DNA of 64,000 nt. Source: Limisphaerales bacterium (GTDB taxonomy: Bacteria; Verrucomicrobiota; Verrucomicrobiia; Limisphaerales; SIBE01). The notes under the pieces were generated by a model. It had not been told where the DNA came from. It saw only the letters and a list, made by a program, of their open reading frames with translations, and did no database searches. The position numbers and the translations under genes are program-made. The stretch's first letter is position 1. Each line of letters begins with the position of its first letter. The stretch covers positions 1 to 64,000 of the forward strand of contig JBGAIN010000026.1 in assembly GCA_044225505.1 (NCBI GenBank), in the 5' to 3' direction. This document shows, piece after piece, positions 1 through 9,785 of the stretch.

Positions 1-140
1 CAGGGAGCTCTCCTCTTTGCCGATCAGGAGATTGTGCCGCTAATTCACGAAGGGACGATCGAAAAGCGAGATACTTTCCGCACTTCCAGGTCCTCAAATT
101 TGTTTAGAGTCCATAGTTATGTCCATTGTTGAGAGGATAC

Positions 141-950
141 CGCACTCCAAGACACTGGCGCGCAAGGACTAAAATGCCTCTAAGACTCGCTTACCACACC
201 GTCCGAGGGGGCGCCGGGTATCTTCGAGTGCGCTAGCACCGCCCTTGGGCGTTCCGTTGTGCGCTATGGCCCGTTTCCATGCCGCACCACCGCAGTTTGT
301 GCCTTCTGCAAGGTGGCAACAATTTGTTGACGGAGTGTGCGACAAATCAGCCAATGGATGCATGGTTTGGGAACGGACCGGCCCCAAACCGAGGACGTTG
401 GCGACGAAAAGTCACCAAATCACGGTCGCGCACCGACGGCTGCATCCTTAGCGACCGTATTTCCACCTTGGTGTTCCGGCGTGGCGACTGACGTGTGTCG
501 TCCGCAAATTGCGGACGACAGTCAGCGCGACGGATCCGAGGAATGATCGCGTTGGGGGCTTGCGTGGGTCTCGGGACAAAACGCCGGCACCTCGGGCGCA
601 CTCCAAGACGCTGGCGCGCAATGATTAAGGTGTCTTTGAAATACGTTTATCGCACGGTCCGGAGGGGCGGCGGTCATCTCGGAGCTCGAATCCGCTCTTG
701 CGTGCTTGATTGCTCGCTGCATACGGCTTGCTCACAGCTTGGTTACAGCGTCGCGATGCTGTGAGCACGCTGTTTACAGGCTGTCTGGAGGCCGCCAAAG
801 GTGAAGGAAACTCCGTTCCAGGCACTGAGGCTGGCGTAGCTGTCCGCAAATTGTTGACAGAGTGTGCGACAAATCGCGGAGGCGCCCAGCCGCTTTTGGG
901 AACGGACCGTTCCCAAATTCGTCCGACATCTGGAGACAAAACGTCACCAA
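141..950. repeat. Two diverged copies of a non-coding module with REP-like CGCACTCCAAGACRCTGGCGCGC heads
   Basis: CGCACTCCAAGAC(A/G)CTGGCGCGCAA occurs at 141-165 and 597-621, with similar downstream sequence. TTGTTGAC(G/A)GAGTGTGCGACAAATC...TTTGGGAACGGACCG...GTCACCAA occurs at ~321-420 and ~849-950. Confidence 0.7.
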
Positions 951-1124
951 CAGCGAGTTTTCAGACCGAAGCTAGGGCAGATGAATGAGTTATGAATGCT
1001 TGGATTCTGCGGCTGGTGCTGCGCACACAGCCGCGGTCCGCAAAAAAAGCCGAACCTGCCGCTGATCTCCGACATGGCTGCCGACCGTGAAACGAAAACT
1101 GGCAGTATGAGGACAGCGGTGGGC

Positions 1125-1292
1125 AATCCCAGTGAAATCCCCGTCTAATCCCGGTCATATCCCCTTCACGAGTGGGGTATGAACGGGATTTGAGCGGGAT
1201 TGCAACGGGATTGATACGTTCAGAACCCTATGAGAACGGGATGAGACCCCTATGAGAACAGGATCGTGATCCTGGTCTCATCCTGTTCTCAT
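1125..1292. repeat. 11-bp-phased inverted repeat arrays
   Basis: (A/T)ATCCC at 1125, 1136, 1147, 1158 then GGG(GTA/ATT) at 1174, 1185, 1196, 1207. A second array has ATGAG at 1230, 1241, 1252 and CTCAT at 1277, 1288. Confidence 0.8.
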
Positions 1293-1423
1293 CGGGTTTG
1301 GATGCAGGTCGCACCGAACGAAGGCCATAGCGAAGGCAGACTGCGACTGCGGCTAAGGAATGCCGCCCGAGATCATCGCTCGGCTTTGGAATGTGCTCGA
1401 GACTCGCGACGCCAGTGACCGCC

Positions 1424-3694
1424 TCAATAAGGGTTCGCCGGCATCATTTCCCAAGCGTCAATCTTCCGGCAAATCGCCCGGTCCCCCACCGCGAACACCT
1501 TTACTCCCAGGCTATCCGATCGGGTGGGATATACTCGCCGCCCGATCGCTTGGCGGTCATTGGCATAAACCTCCACCACCGACCGATCAATAAAGACCCG
1601 GAGTTTAAGAGGTTCTCCAGGCGCCAAGGTCAGCGGCGCCCGCTCGATCACTTTGCGGCCTTCGCCACCGCTGCGGGTAGAATCGAAGACGAGCTCTTTC
1701 AGCGGCGCGTCGTAGTAGAGGAGGGTCTCTTCTTCGCCGCCCGGGGAAGTCCGCACTTTGACACCACAACGGTCCGCTGATCCGTTTTCCATCTCGAGGG
1801 TGAGTTCGCACGCATCCCCGACCACACGGTCCAGGAGTTTGCTTTCCGAATCCGAGACTGTCACATCTTTCCAGGAGAGGTGATTACGTCGAAGCAGCTC
1901 CAGTTCGGGAACAGGCTGCATCCGCAACGTGCCGTCGTTTCCTAACCAGAGAGTGCGGGGCAGTCCATAGACTCCAGACCAGCCAGTTTGCTTTTCCCCG
2001 GACGGGTTATCGGTCAGCCACGCCCACATGATCTGGCGTCCTTGACCATCCAGGAGCGCTTCCGGCGCGAAGTAGGTGCTATCCACCCAGGTCATTCGCC
2101 CGTGAGTAGTCGGAAAGAACCGGTCGTCCCGGTAATCGCCAATATAATATTGGCAGCCTTTGTTATGACTGATGAACAGAAGAAGGTGTTTGGCACTGGG
2201 CGGTCCGCCATCGGCACGGGAAGGTAGCGGCAGGAAACTGGGGCACATGTTGTCCTCGCTGCGGTCGGTCCATTCCGGCTTTCGTTCGTAGAAGCGATGG
2301 AGATACGTCCAGGATTTCAGATCGGTCGAGCTGAACAGATAGAGTCGATCGCCCTGTTCGGAGGCCGGAGCATTCGTCGCACGACCGATCTTATTCAAAA
2401 CGAGCAAGTTACCCGTGAGCAAGTAATAGCGACCTTCCTTCTTCCAGATATTCGATGGATCAGCCGAACCAAGCATGGCCGATCGGCCATCCGCCCCTTT
2501 GACCTCCGTAATGCCCCATTCCGTCGATCGAATTACCGGGTTAGCGGCAGACTTCATCCAAGTGTCGAACGCGGGACCGCGGCTTTGAGCCAATCCGATC
2601 CCTTTCGCACCCCAGAGCATCCAGTACGAGAGGTAAGCAGTGCCGTCATCATCCAGAAACGCGCCGCCGCTGAAACAGCCTTCGTCGCCCTGGCCTGGGC
2701 CAATCGCATCGGGGTGGTGCCGCCAATGCACCAGATCGCTGCTGGAAATGTGACCCCAGCAAAACCCGGACCCTGACCGGTTGTAGAGATACATTAAGTG
2801 ATAGCGGCCGTTGTGATAAAAAGCGCCGTTGGGATCGCCAGGCTGGCCCATATCTTCCGGGACGCAGAAATGGTAACGAGGCCGGTATGGGTCGGCCAGG
2901 AACCGCTCCCGCAAGAGCCGCGTCGAACGCACGACTTCTTCCGGCACCGGACTGGTTACGGACCATGTCTTCGGAACGGTGAGTCTGGGTCCTTTCTCTT
3001 CCCCTGGAGCGGTGCAGAAGAGCGTCGCGCCTTTCCCATTCAGCACGAGGAAGCCCCCTTCAATTCGCACATCGCCTAGGAGACGCATTTCCGTAAAGCG
3101 CCCAGTCTTCTCGCGCAATCCTTCATCGGCAAAAGACCACCAGGCCCAAGGCTTGGCCGCGGGAGAGCTCTGGCCAGGTTGTAGACCCGCGATCGTATCC
3201 TGATCGAGCGCCTGGTCATAAATGCGCGCGTCCTGGATCCGGCCCTTAAAAGAGTTCTCCTGGTCCAGCGCGTCGAGATGGCGTCGGCCAAAAAGCACCA
3301 TGGCTGCGGGCCCAAAACTTCTCGGCGAACTGCCCATCGTGTAATGGGCGTACTCGCGTCCGTTGCGAAAGAGCGAGACTTCCCTGCCCTGATACACAAT
3401 GGCCATTTGCACGACCGTCCCGGCGTCTGCCGTTTCTGTTGGCCAATCCCCTTGGTCTTTCATGGTGCGGCTGAATCCGTCGCTGCCAGCCATCCACTTT
3501 CCGGGTGAGAGTTCACCTAGAACGATTCCATCAAAATGGGTATCGCCATCGTCGAGGGTCAGAGCGGTGCCCCCGCGCTGGGTGAGATCGGCCGGGGCAG
3601 CCCAAACGACCAGCGTCTTGTCTTGAAACGCCCCTACGGCCGCATGAACCCGCAACGCGGAGAGCGCGAGGATGAGAAGGACAACTCTTTTCAT
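1424..3694 (-). CDS. Secreted glycoside hydrolase family 32-like protein with N-terminal LamG/ConA-like domain
   Basis: Signal peptide; RPRYHF...GDPNG, WGH, CFSG, FAPE and RQIMWAW motifs; C-terminal beta-sandwich LRVFIDRSVVEVYAN; LamG-like FKGRIQDARIYDQAL. Confidence 0.9.
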   Translation of the reverse strand: MKRVVLLILALSALRVHAAVGAFQDKTLVVWAAPADLTQRGGTALTLDDGDTHFDGIVLGELSPGKWMAGSDGFSRTMKDQGDWPTETADAGTVVQMAIVYQGREVSLFRNGREYAHYTMGSSPRSFGPAAMVLFGRRHLDALDQENSFKGRIQDARIYDQALDQDTIAGLQPGQSSPAAKPWAWWSFADEGLREKTGRFTEMRLLGDVRIEGGFLVLNGKGATLFCTAPGEEKGPRLTVPKTWSVTSPVPEEVVRSTRLLRERFLADPYRPRYHFCVPEDMGQPGDPNGAFYHNGRYHLMYLYNRSGSGFCWGHISSSDLVHWRHHPDAIGPGQGDEGCFSGGAFLDDDGTAYLSYWMLWGAKGIGLAQSRGPAFDTWMKSAANPVIRSTEWGITEVKGADGRSAMLGSADPSNIWKKEGRYYLLTGNLLVLNKIGRATNAPASEQGDRLYLFSSTDLKSWTYLHRFYERKPEWTDRSEDNMCPSFLPLPSRADGGPPSAKHLLLFISHNKGCQYYIGDYRDDRFFPTTHGRMTWVDSTYFAPEALLDGQGRQIMWAWLTDNPSGEKQTGWSGVYGLPRTLWLGNDGTLRMQPVPELELLRRNHLSWKDVTVSDSESKLLDRVVGDACELTLEMENGSADRCGVKVRTSPGGEEETLLYYDAPLKELVFDSTRSGGEGRKVIERAPLTLAPGEPLKLRVFIDRSVVEVYANDRQAIGRRVYPTRSDSLGVKVFAVGDRAICRKIDAWEMMPANPY

Positions 3695-3883
3695 AACGGA
3701 GAACGAATGCCCATGAAAATACCCGCGCGAATTTAGAATTGGAAGACTGTATGTTCGCGAAGGCCCTCGGCGGTCGACTTGGGGTAAGCGAAAACCGCTC
3801 GCTATCCAGGGGCACTACCGTCCAAGCTACTCCCCAGACAATCGACCGTGCCTGAACGCGTAGAACAATCAATTCTTCAACCC

Positions 3884-5566
3884 ATGCTGCACTCCCGTTC
3901 TCTTCAATTCGGAGCGACGGCCGTGACCGTCCTCTTGCTCGGGTTCGCGAACAACACATGCCTGTGGGCGCAGCCGTTAACCCTGTCGAAGCTGCTATCT
4001 GAGATGACGGATCGCGACGCTCTTGCACGCGTTCCCGAACCGACCTATCGCTGTCTCCAGGCGTCCAGCTACAACCGCGCTTCGACGAATCGCATGCAAC
4101 CGAATCAGGACACGACCGGCTGGTTTGCTGATAGTGACGGACTGGGGTTCCTCCGCACCGAGACGATTGATCACAGAACGGAATGGGTAATTCTGGACCA
4201 TCAAGGTCCAGGCTGCTTAACGACGGTCTGGACGCCTTTCTTCTATTATGGATTTGAAGACCGGAAAGGCCCGAACGTCCGTATCTATCTCGACGGATCC
4301 TCGACTCCAGTGATCGACGAGAGCCTAATTGAACTTGTCACGGCAAAGGGTTTCATCAAACCGCCGTTCAGCGCACCCACTGCTCGAGCTGGGAACTGTT
4401 ACCTCCCGATTCCTTTTGCGCGCAGCTGCAAAGTGACGATGACAGCAAAACCGTTTTACTACCGCATCAATTACCGGGCTTATCCCGACGGGACGCAGAT
4501 CGAGTCCTTCTCCCGGAGCGGTTATGAGGCTGCGCAAACGGAACGGCAAAAAGCCGCCGACGAACTGACCTCGGCCGCGGCAAGCAGGGAGGTCACGGCC
4601 CGACATTCTGAAATCGTCCAGCCTGGAGGAAAACTCGAGGTGCTCTTGCCGACCGGCCCTCAAGTCGTCCGCCAGTTCACTGTGCACCTTCGGGAAGCGG
4701 CGCGCCGTCCCGAGCTGTTACGGTCCACCGTCCTAACGATGACGTTTGACAATGAGGAGACGGTGTGGTGTCCCCTGGGAGATTTCTTTTGCAGCGCGGA
4801 TGCGCTTCATCCTCTTCAGACATGGTCGCGCACGGTCACGGCGGACGGAACGCTGATTTGCCGTTGGGTAATGCCCTATCGGGAATCCGGCCAGATTCGC
4901 ATCCTCAACTTGAGCGCGGATGCCGAGGAACTGACGCTGGAAACGAACATCACGCCCACGACATGGGATAGTCGATCAATGCATTTCCACGCGCATTGGC
5001 GCCCGGACGACGTGGTCGCTGGCACGCCCTTTCAAGATTGGAACTTCATCGACATTCGTGGACAAGGGACTTTCGTGGGCGACGCCTGGACGGTGTTGAA
5101 CATCCAAGGGAGCTGGTGGGGAGAAGGTGACGAAAAGATCTACGTTGATCAGGCTTGGGCGAACGGTTTCCCAACTCACTTCGGGACGGGCACCGAAGAC
5201 TACTACGGCTGGGCTGGCGGAGAGGTGCCCACGCGCGCGGATGAATTCAGCACACCGTTCCTAGCCAACGCGCGTGTTGGAGGACTGGACAAGCAAACGA
5301 CCGGATTCAATATTTGCACCCGCATACGATCGCTGGATGCGATACCATTTCAAGAACGTCTCGTGTTTGACATGGAATCGTCGTTTGGCACGGATATTCG
5401 AAATCCCTGGAACCTGCTCGGTTACACAGCCGTCACGTTCTGGTATGCGAGGCCCGGGGCCGCACACAACCGCCCCCCGCGACCGGTCGAAGCCCGCCGG
5501 CCGATCATGACGGTGGCCGAGCTCCAGAAGGAATCCGGTCGGATCCGACAAAAGCTGGACCGTTGA
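3884..5566 (+). CDS. DUF2961 / glycoside hydrolase family 172 protein, secreted
   Basis: GPGCLTTVW, NCYLPIPF, PLGDFF, WWGEGDEKIYVD and FGTGTEDYY motifs; signal peptide follows ATG 3884 (ORF open from 3848). Confidence 0.9.
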   Translation: MLHSRSLQFGATAVTVLLLGFANNTCLWAQPLTLSKLLSEMTDRDALARVPEPTYRCLQASSYNRASTNRMQPNQDTTGWFADSDGLGFLRTETIDHRTEWVILDHQGPGCLTTVWTPFFYYGFEDRKGPNVRIYLDGSSTPVIDESLIELVTAKGFIKPPFSAPTARAGNCYLPIPFARSCKVTMTAKPFYYRINYRAYPDGTQIESFSRSGYEAAQTERQKAADELTSAAASREVTARHSEIVQPGGKLEVLLPTGPQVVRQFTVHLREAARRPELLRSTVLTMTFDNEETVWCPLGDFFCSADALHPLQTWSRTVTADGTLICRWVMPYRESGQIRILNLSADAEELTLETNITPTTWDSRSMHFHAHWRPDDVVAGTPFQDWNFIDIRGQGTFVGDAWTVLNIQGSWWGEGDEKIYVDQAWANGFPTHFGTGTEDYYGWAGGEVPTRADEFSTPFLANARVGGLDKQTTGFNICTRIRSLDAIPFQERLVFDMESSFGTDIRNPWNLLGYTAVTFWYARPGAAHNRPPRPVEARRPIMTVAELQKESGRIRQKLDR

Positions 5567-5657
5567 TATCGTGTGCTTCCATGGCTCCCAAGGCACAACC
5601 GGACGGTCGTTTCCCGCCCTGACCAAGGACTCCAGTCACGGCGCGCGGACAGGGGAC

Positions 5658-6968
5658 TCATTTCCCGACGCGATACAGGAACTCCTGCCGTGGTTCTCCG
5701 CGCTTTGCCACACGCAAGTAGATCGACCCGCCACAGACGACGGGCGAGGCATACGCCTCGTCGGCCAGCTGGTTTTCGGCAAGCAGCTGAAATCGGGTCG
5801 GCGTCGCCTCGAAGACAAAAGTCTTGCCCCCAAGATTGGTCGCGTAGATTCGATCGCCCACCATGACCGGTGAAGCAAAAAAATCGCCGCCGAGACGCTC
5901 TTTCCAGATTTCCTTGCCGGTATCCGCAGCCCAACAGACCGCCACGCCCGCGTCCATAACGGCATAGAGAAAGCCATCTTTTTGAATCATTGAGGGAACG
6001 TAGACCCGGGCCGTGTTCTGCCAGGCGATCCGGCCGCTGCCGTCGCCGAACACAGCCACGGTATGGTTTTTGGGATATCCACCGCTGGAGAATACCCGGG
6101 TTCCGTCCGTCACAGGCGTCACCACGCACTCCTCCGTGGAACCCGAAATCTCCCAGAGCTTTTTGCCCGTGGCCGGATCGAGACTCGTGATGAGATTACA
6201 GCCGGCGAGCACCGCTTGCGTCCGGCCGGCCACTTGCACAATCGCGGGGGACCCGTAGTTTGGGATCTTGGGCCGAGGTTGGCTCCAAACTTCCTTGCCC
6301 GTATCGCGATCCAGTCCGACGATCACTCCGCCGCCCCGATGGTCTGCGGACACCAGCACTAGAGACTCGTGCAGGACAGGAGACGATCCGAATCCCTGAT
6401 GAGTCACGTAATCGCAAACCTTGTGTTGCCACAGGATCTTCCCATCCATCCCCAGGGCTGTCGTGTAGACGGCACCGCTGTTGAGGAAATTGATAAAGAG
6501 GCGTTGGCCATCACACACCACCGTCGATGAGGCCGCCGAAGAATTGGCATGGTGCCCAGCATCCGGATGCCCTCGGTGCACCTCGCTCTGCCAGACGCGT
6601 TGCCCGTTCAACCGGTTCAGGCAAAGCACCGACTGCGTCGCCGGATCCGATTCCGCGGTGGCCAAATAAATACGATCGCCCACCAGGGTCGGGGAACCAT
6701 GCCCCCGCCCTGGCAGCAGCACTTTCCAGGCGACACCTTCAGTTTCGCTCCAATGCACCGGAAGAGCCGATTGCGGCGATGAAATGCCGTTCCGGGTAGG
6801 GCCGCGCCATGCTGGCCAATCTTGGGCGGGATCGATAGCCGCAACGGCGGATATCCCCGACGCGAGACAGACAAACCAAGCGCCAAGAAACAAAACAACC
6901 AAGCTTGGTCTCCATCGAGGCTCCACCAAACGTTCCGTCTCTGAAATGGATTTGAAGAACAGGTTCAC
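5658..6968 (-). CDS. PQQ-binding-like beta-propeller repeat protein (BamB-like)
   Basis: DWPAWRGPTRNG start; repeated SSP..., LD..TGK..W blades; FFASPV. Start uncertain (ORF open to 7085). Confidence 0.85.
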   Translation of the reverse strand: MNLFFKSISETERLVEPRWRPSLVVLFLGAWFVCLASGISAVAAIDPAQDWPAWRGPTRNGISSPQSALPVHWSETEGVAWKVLLPGRGHGSPTLVGDRIYLATAESDPATQSVLCLNRLNGQRVWQSEVHRGHPDAGHHANSSAASSTVVCDGQRLFINFLNSGAVYTTALGMDGKILWQHKVCDYVTHQGFGSSPVLHESLVLVSADHRGGGVIVGLDRDTGKEVWSQPRPKIPNYGSPAIVQVAGRTQAVLAGCNLITSLDPATGKKLWEISGSTEECVVTPVTDGTRVFSSGGYPKNHTVAVFGDGSGRIAWQNTARVYVPSMIQKDGFLYAVMDAGVAVCWAADTGKEIWKERLGGDFFASPVMVGDRIYATNLGGKTFVFEATPTRFQLLAENQLADEAYASPVVCGGSIYLRVAKRGEPRQEFLYRVGK

Positions 6969-7153
6969 AGGGGCAGTTTGAGCAAGCCTCAAGGCGCTGT
7001 CGAGCGGACGTTTAAAAAGCGAAGCGAAGGTCGAGGGCGAACCTGGCGTCAAGCTCGCCCGCATGTCCCCCTTGGCACCGTGCATTGGCCTGGAGTTCCG
7101 CGAGTCAGGATTGCCTTTCTTGGCAGAATGCCAGGGTTGTGCAGGATAGTGCC

Positions 7154-9757
7154 ATGCAATCAGCGCATCGTCGGGTTTGGCAACTGCAGTTGGGATGGAT
7201 GTTGGCGGGAGCCGCTTGGGCTCAGCCTGCGGCGCAGCCGGGCTTGTCGTCCTTCGTTACCCCCGCCCGGACGCCGCCAACTCCCCAAGCGACCCAGAGC
7301 GCGGCCCTCCCTCAATCCAACAACGTTGAAAACCGGACCGCACCGCGGATTTATGGAGCCCGGTTAACGCCTCATTGGTTCGCTGGGAATCGCCAGTTTT
7401 GGTACCGCCTCGATCTGCCGGACGACCGTCGCCAGTTCATCCGGGTTCATGCCGAAAACGGAACACGCGAGCCGGCGTTTGACCACGCCGCGGTTGCGGC
7501 CCAATTGGGCGGTGGAATCCCTGCCGACCGCCTTCCCGTGGAGAGTCTGCAGTTTAGCGATACCTCAGAGAGAATCACTCTGATTGGGCAACAACGGTCC
7601 TGGGTCTTTGACTCAGGATCGGGGTCATTGACCGAAATCGATCGATCGGCCATGGCGCTTGGTGGAAAGGGATTGATGCCAGTCCCGGGCTTGCACTCGT
7701 CTCGCCGCTCAGGCCCGGAGACGGAGATCACCTTCGACAATCGTCTTCAGAAGCCGGTCCAGCTCTTCTGGCTGGATGATGAAGGTGGACGACACAGCTA
7801 CGGCAAACTCTCGCCGGGGGCGCAGCGCGTTCAGCATACCTTTGCTGGGCACGCCTGGGCTATCGATGATGAACAGGGCCGAACGATCGCTGTCTTTCAA
7901 GCAGGAGATCATCCTGATCGGGCCGCCATCGACGGAAGCATCCTCGCTTCCCAGAAGCTCGAGCCAGCCCGTGAACCCGAATCGTCCGGCGATTCTTCTC
8001 GGTCTGGCGACGGTCTTTGGACTGCGTTCCTCAGAAACGACAATATCGTCGTTCGCAGCCGTGCCGGCGCGGAGACCCAGCTCACTACGAATGGAACCGC
8101 GGCCCGCCCTTACGGGGCGCTGACCTGGTCGCCCGATTCGAAGCATCTGATCGCCTGGCAAATTGAACTGGCCGAACGCAAACCGGTGTTTCTGGTGCGC
8201 TCATCGCCCCCCCGAGGCGGACGTGCTCAACTGGAGAGTCGTCCTTACGCTCTGCCAGGCGACCCTTTTCCACGCTACGAATTGAATCTGTTTGAACTGG
8301 AAACTCAACGCCACACGAAGCCCGCTGTGGATCCCTTCGAACATGAATGGGAAACTCCCCAGCTGCATTGGACCCGAGACGGAACCCGTTTTCGCTACCA
8401 GCAAGTCGATCGCGGACACCAAAGGCTGCGCGTGATCGAGGTGGCCCCGTCTTCTGGCACCGTCCGAAACCTGATCGACGAACGGAGCAAGACCTTCCTC
8501 TGGACGATTCACACCGAAGCGCTGGGAATGCCACTGGTCCATTGGCTCGAAGAGACTGATGATCTGATTTATGCCTCCGAGCAGAGCGGCTGGAGACACC
8601 TTTATTTGGTCGACGGCCAACGCGGGCGCGTTAAAGCGCAGCTTACTCGCGGTGAATGGGTCGTCCGTGGCATCCACTCGATTGACGAGAAGGCGCAGCA
8701 AATTTGCATCTCCGCCAGCGGACGTCACCCAGGGCAAGATCCTTACAATCTGCACTTTTATCGAGTGGCCTTTGACGGTTCACCGCTTGTGCCGCTCACG
8801 GACGGAGATGGAAACCACTCGATCGAATTCTCGCCAGACAAGAAGCATCTGATCGATACGTGGTCACGCCCGGACAGTGCGCCCCGCCACGCGTTGCGTC
8901 GAGCGAGCGATGGCATGTTGCTCTGCGAACTGGAATCGGCCGACATCAACGAGTTGAAGGCCGACGGGCTTCCTCTGCCCGAGCCATTTGTCGCCAATGG
9001 CCGAGACGGAAAGACGGAGATCTGCGGCCTGATCCACCGCCCACGCCATTTGGATCCGGAAAAGAAATATCCCATTATCGAATACATATATGCCGGCCCC
9101 CAAGGCTCCTTCGTTCCGAAATCATTTCGAGCGCGGAGCGGCTTTGAGGCTCTATTGGAACTTGGCTTTGTGGTCGTGCAGATCGACGGGATGGGGACCG
9201 CACATCGGTCCAAAGCGTTCCACGACGTGTGTTGGAAGAATCTTAAGGACGGAGGATTTCCTGACCGGATCTGTTGGATAAAAGCCGCTGCCGCCCGCTA
9301 CCCTTATCTGGATCTAGACCGCGTAGGAATTTATGGCAACTCCGCGGGAGGCCAGAATGCGGCGGCGGCGGTGCTGTTTCATCCGGAGTTCTACAAAGCC
9401 GCGGTCGCCTCCTGTGGATGCCACGATAATCGCATGGACAAGGCGTCGTGGAATGAACAATGGATGGGGACCATGCCTTCCGATCAGCTCTGGATCCCAA
9501 GCCCTGACAATGCCTACTCCCAGTCCTCCAATATCGACAACGCGCACCGCCTGATCGGCAAGCTCTTTCTTATCGTGGGCGAGATGGATAAGAACGTTCC
9601 GCCCGAGTCGACCCTTCGCTTTGTGGATGCCTTGATTCGCGCGGATAAGAGTTTTGAACTGCTCGTCATCCCGAACGGGGGCCATGGCATGGGCGGCGCT
9701 TATGGCGAACGGCGGATGCGCGACTTCTTCTCGCGTCACCTCCGACCGGCGCCGTAG
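7154..9757 (+). CDS. S9 family dipeptidyl-peptidase IV-like peptidase with VHL beta-like insert
   Basis: WSPDSK propeller, YAGP, GIYGNSAGG nucleophile elbow, GEMDKNV (Asp) and GGH (His). Start uncertain (ORF open from 7085). Confidence 0.9.
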   Translation: MQSAHRRVWQLQLGWMLAGAAWAQPAAQPGLSSFVTPARTPPTPQATQSAALPQSNNVENRTAPRIYGARLTPHWFAGNRQFWYRLDLPDDRRQFIRVHAENGTREPAFDHAAVAAQLGGGIPADRLPVESLQFSDTSERITLIGQQRSWVFDSGSGSLTEIDRSAMALGGKGLMPVPGLHSSRRSGPETEITFDNRLQKPVQLFWLDDEGGRHSYGKLSPGAQRVQHTFAGHAWAIDDEQGRTIAVFQAGDHPDRAAIDGSILASQKLEPAREPESSGDSSRSGDGLWTAFLRNDNIVVRSRAGAETQLTTNGTAARPYGALTWSPDSKHLIAWQIELAERKPVFLVRSSPPRGGRAQLESRPYALPGDPFPRYELNLFELETQRHTKPAVDPFEHEWETPQLHWTRDGTRFRYQQVDRGHQRLRVIEVAPSSGTVRNLIDERSKTFLWTIHTEALGMPLVHWLEETDDLIYASEQSGWRHLYLVDGQRGRVKAQLTRGEWVVRGIHSIDEKAQQICISASGRHPGQDPYNLHFYRVAFDGSPLVPLTDGDGNHSIEFSPDKKHLIDTWSRPDSAPRHALRRASDGMLLCELESADINELKADGLPLPEPFVANGRDGKTEICGLIHRPRHLDPEKKYPIIEYIYAGPQGSFVPKSFRARSGFEALLELGFVVVQIDGMGTAHRSKAFHDVCWKNLKDGGFPDRICWIKAAAARYPYLDLDRVGIYGNSAGGQNAAAAVLFHPEFYKAAVASCGCHDNRMDKASWNEQWMGTMPSDQLWIPSPDNAYSQSSNIDNAHRLIGKLFLIVGEMDKNVPPESTLRFVDALIRADKSFELLVIPNGGHGMGGAYGERRMRDFFSRHLRPAP

Positions 9758-9785
9758 GTCTCGACGGGATCGAAAACCTAGGAAC

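Noticed and set aside
169..1158. Short ORFs in the first 1.2 kb
   Set aside because: They overlap one another across repeats and palindromes and show no recognisable motifs.
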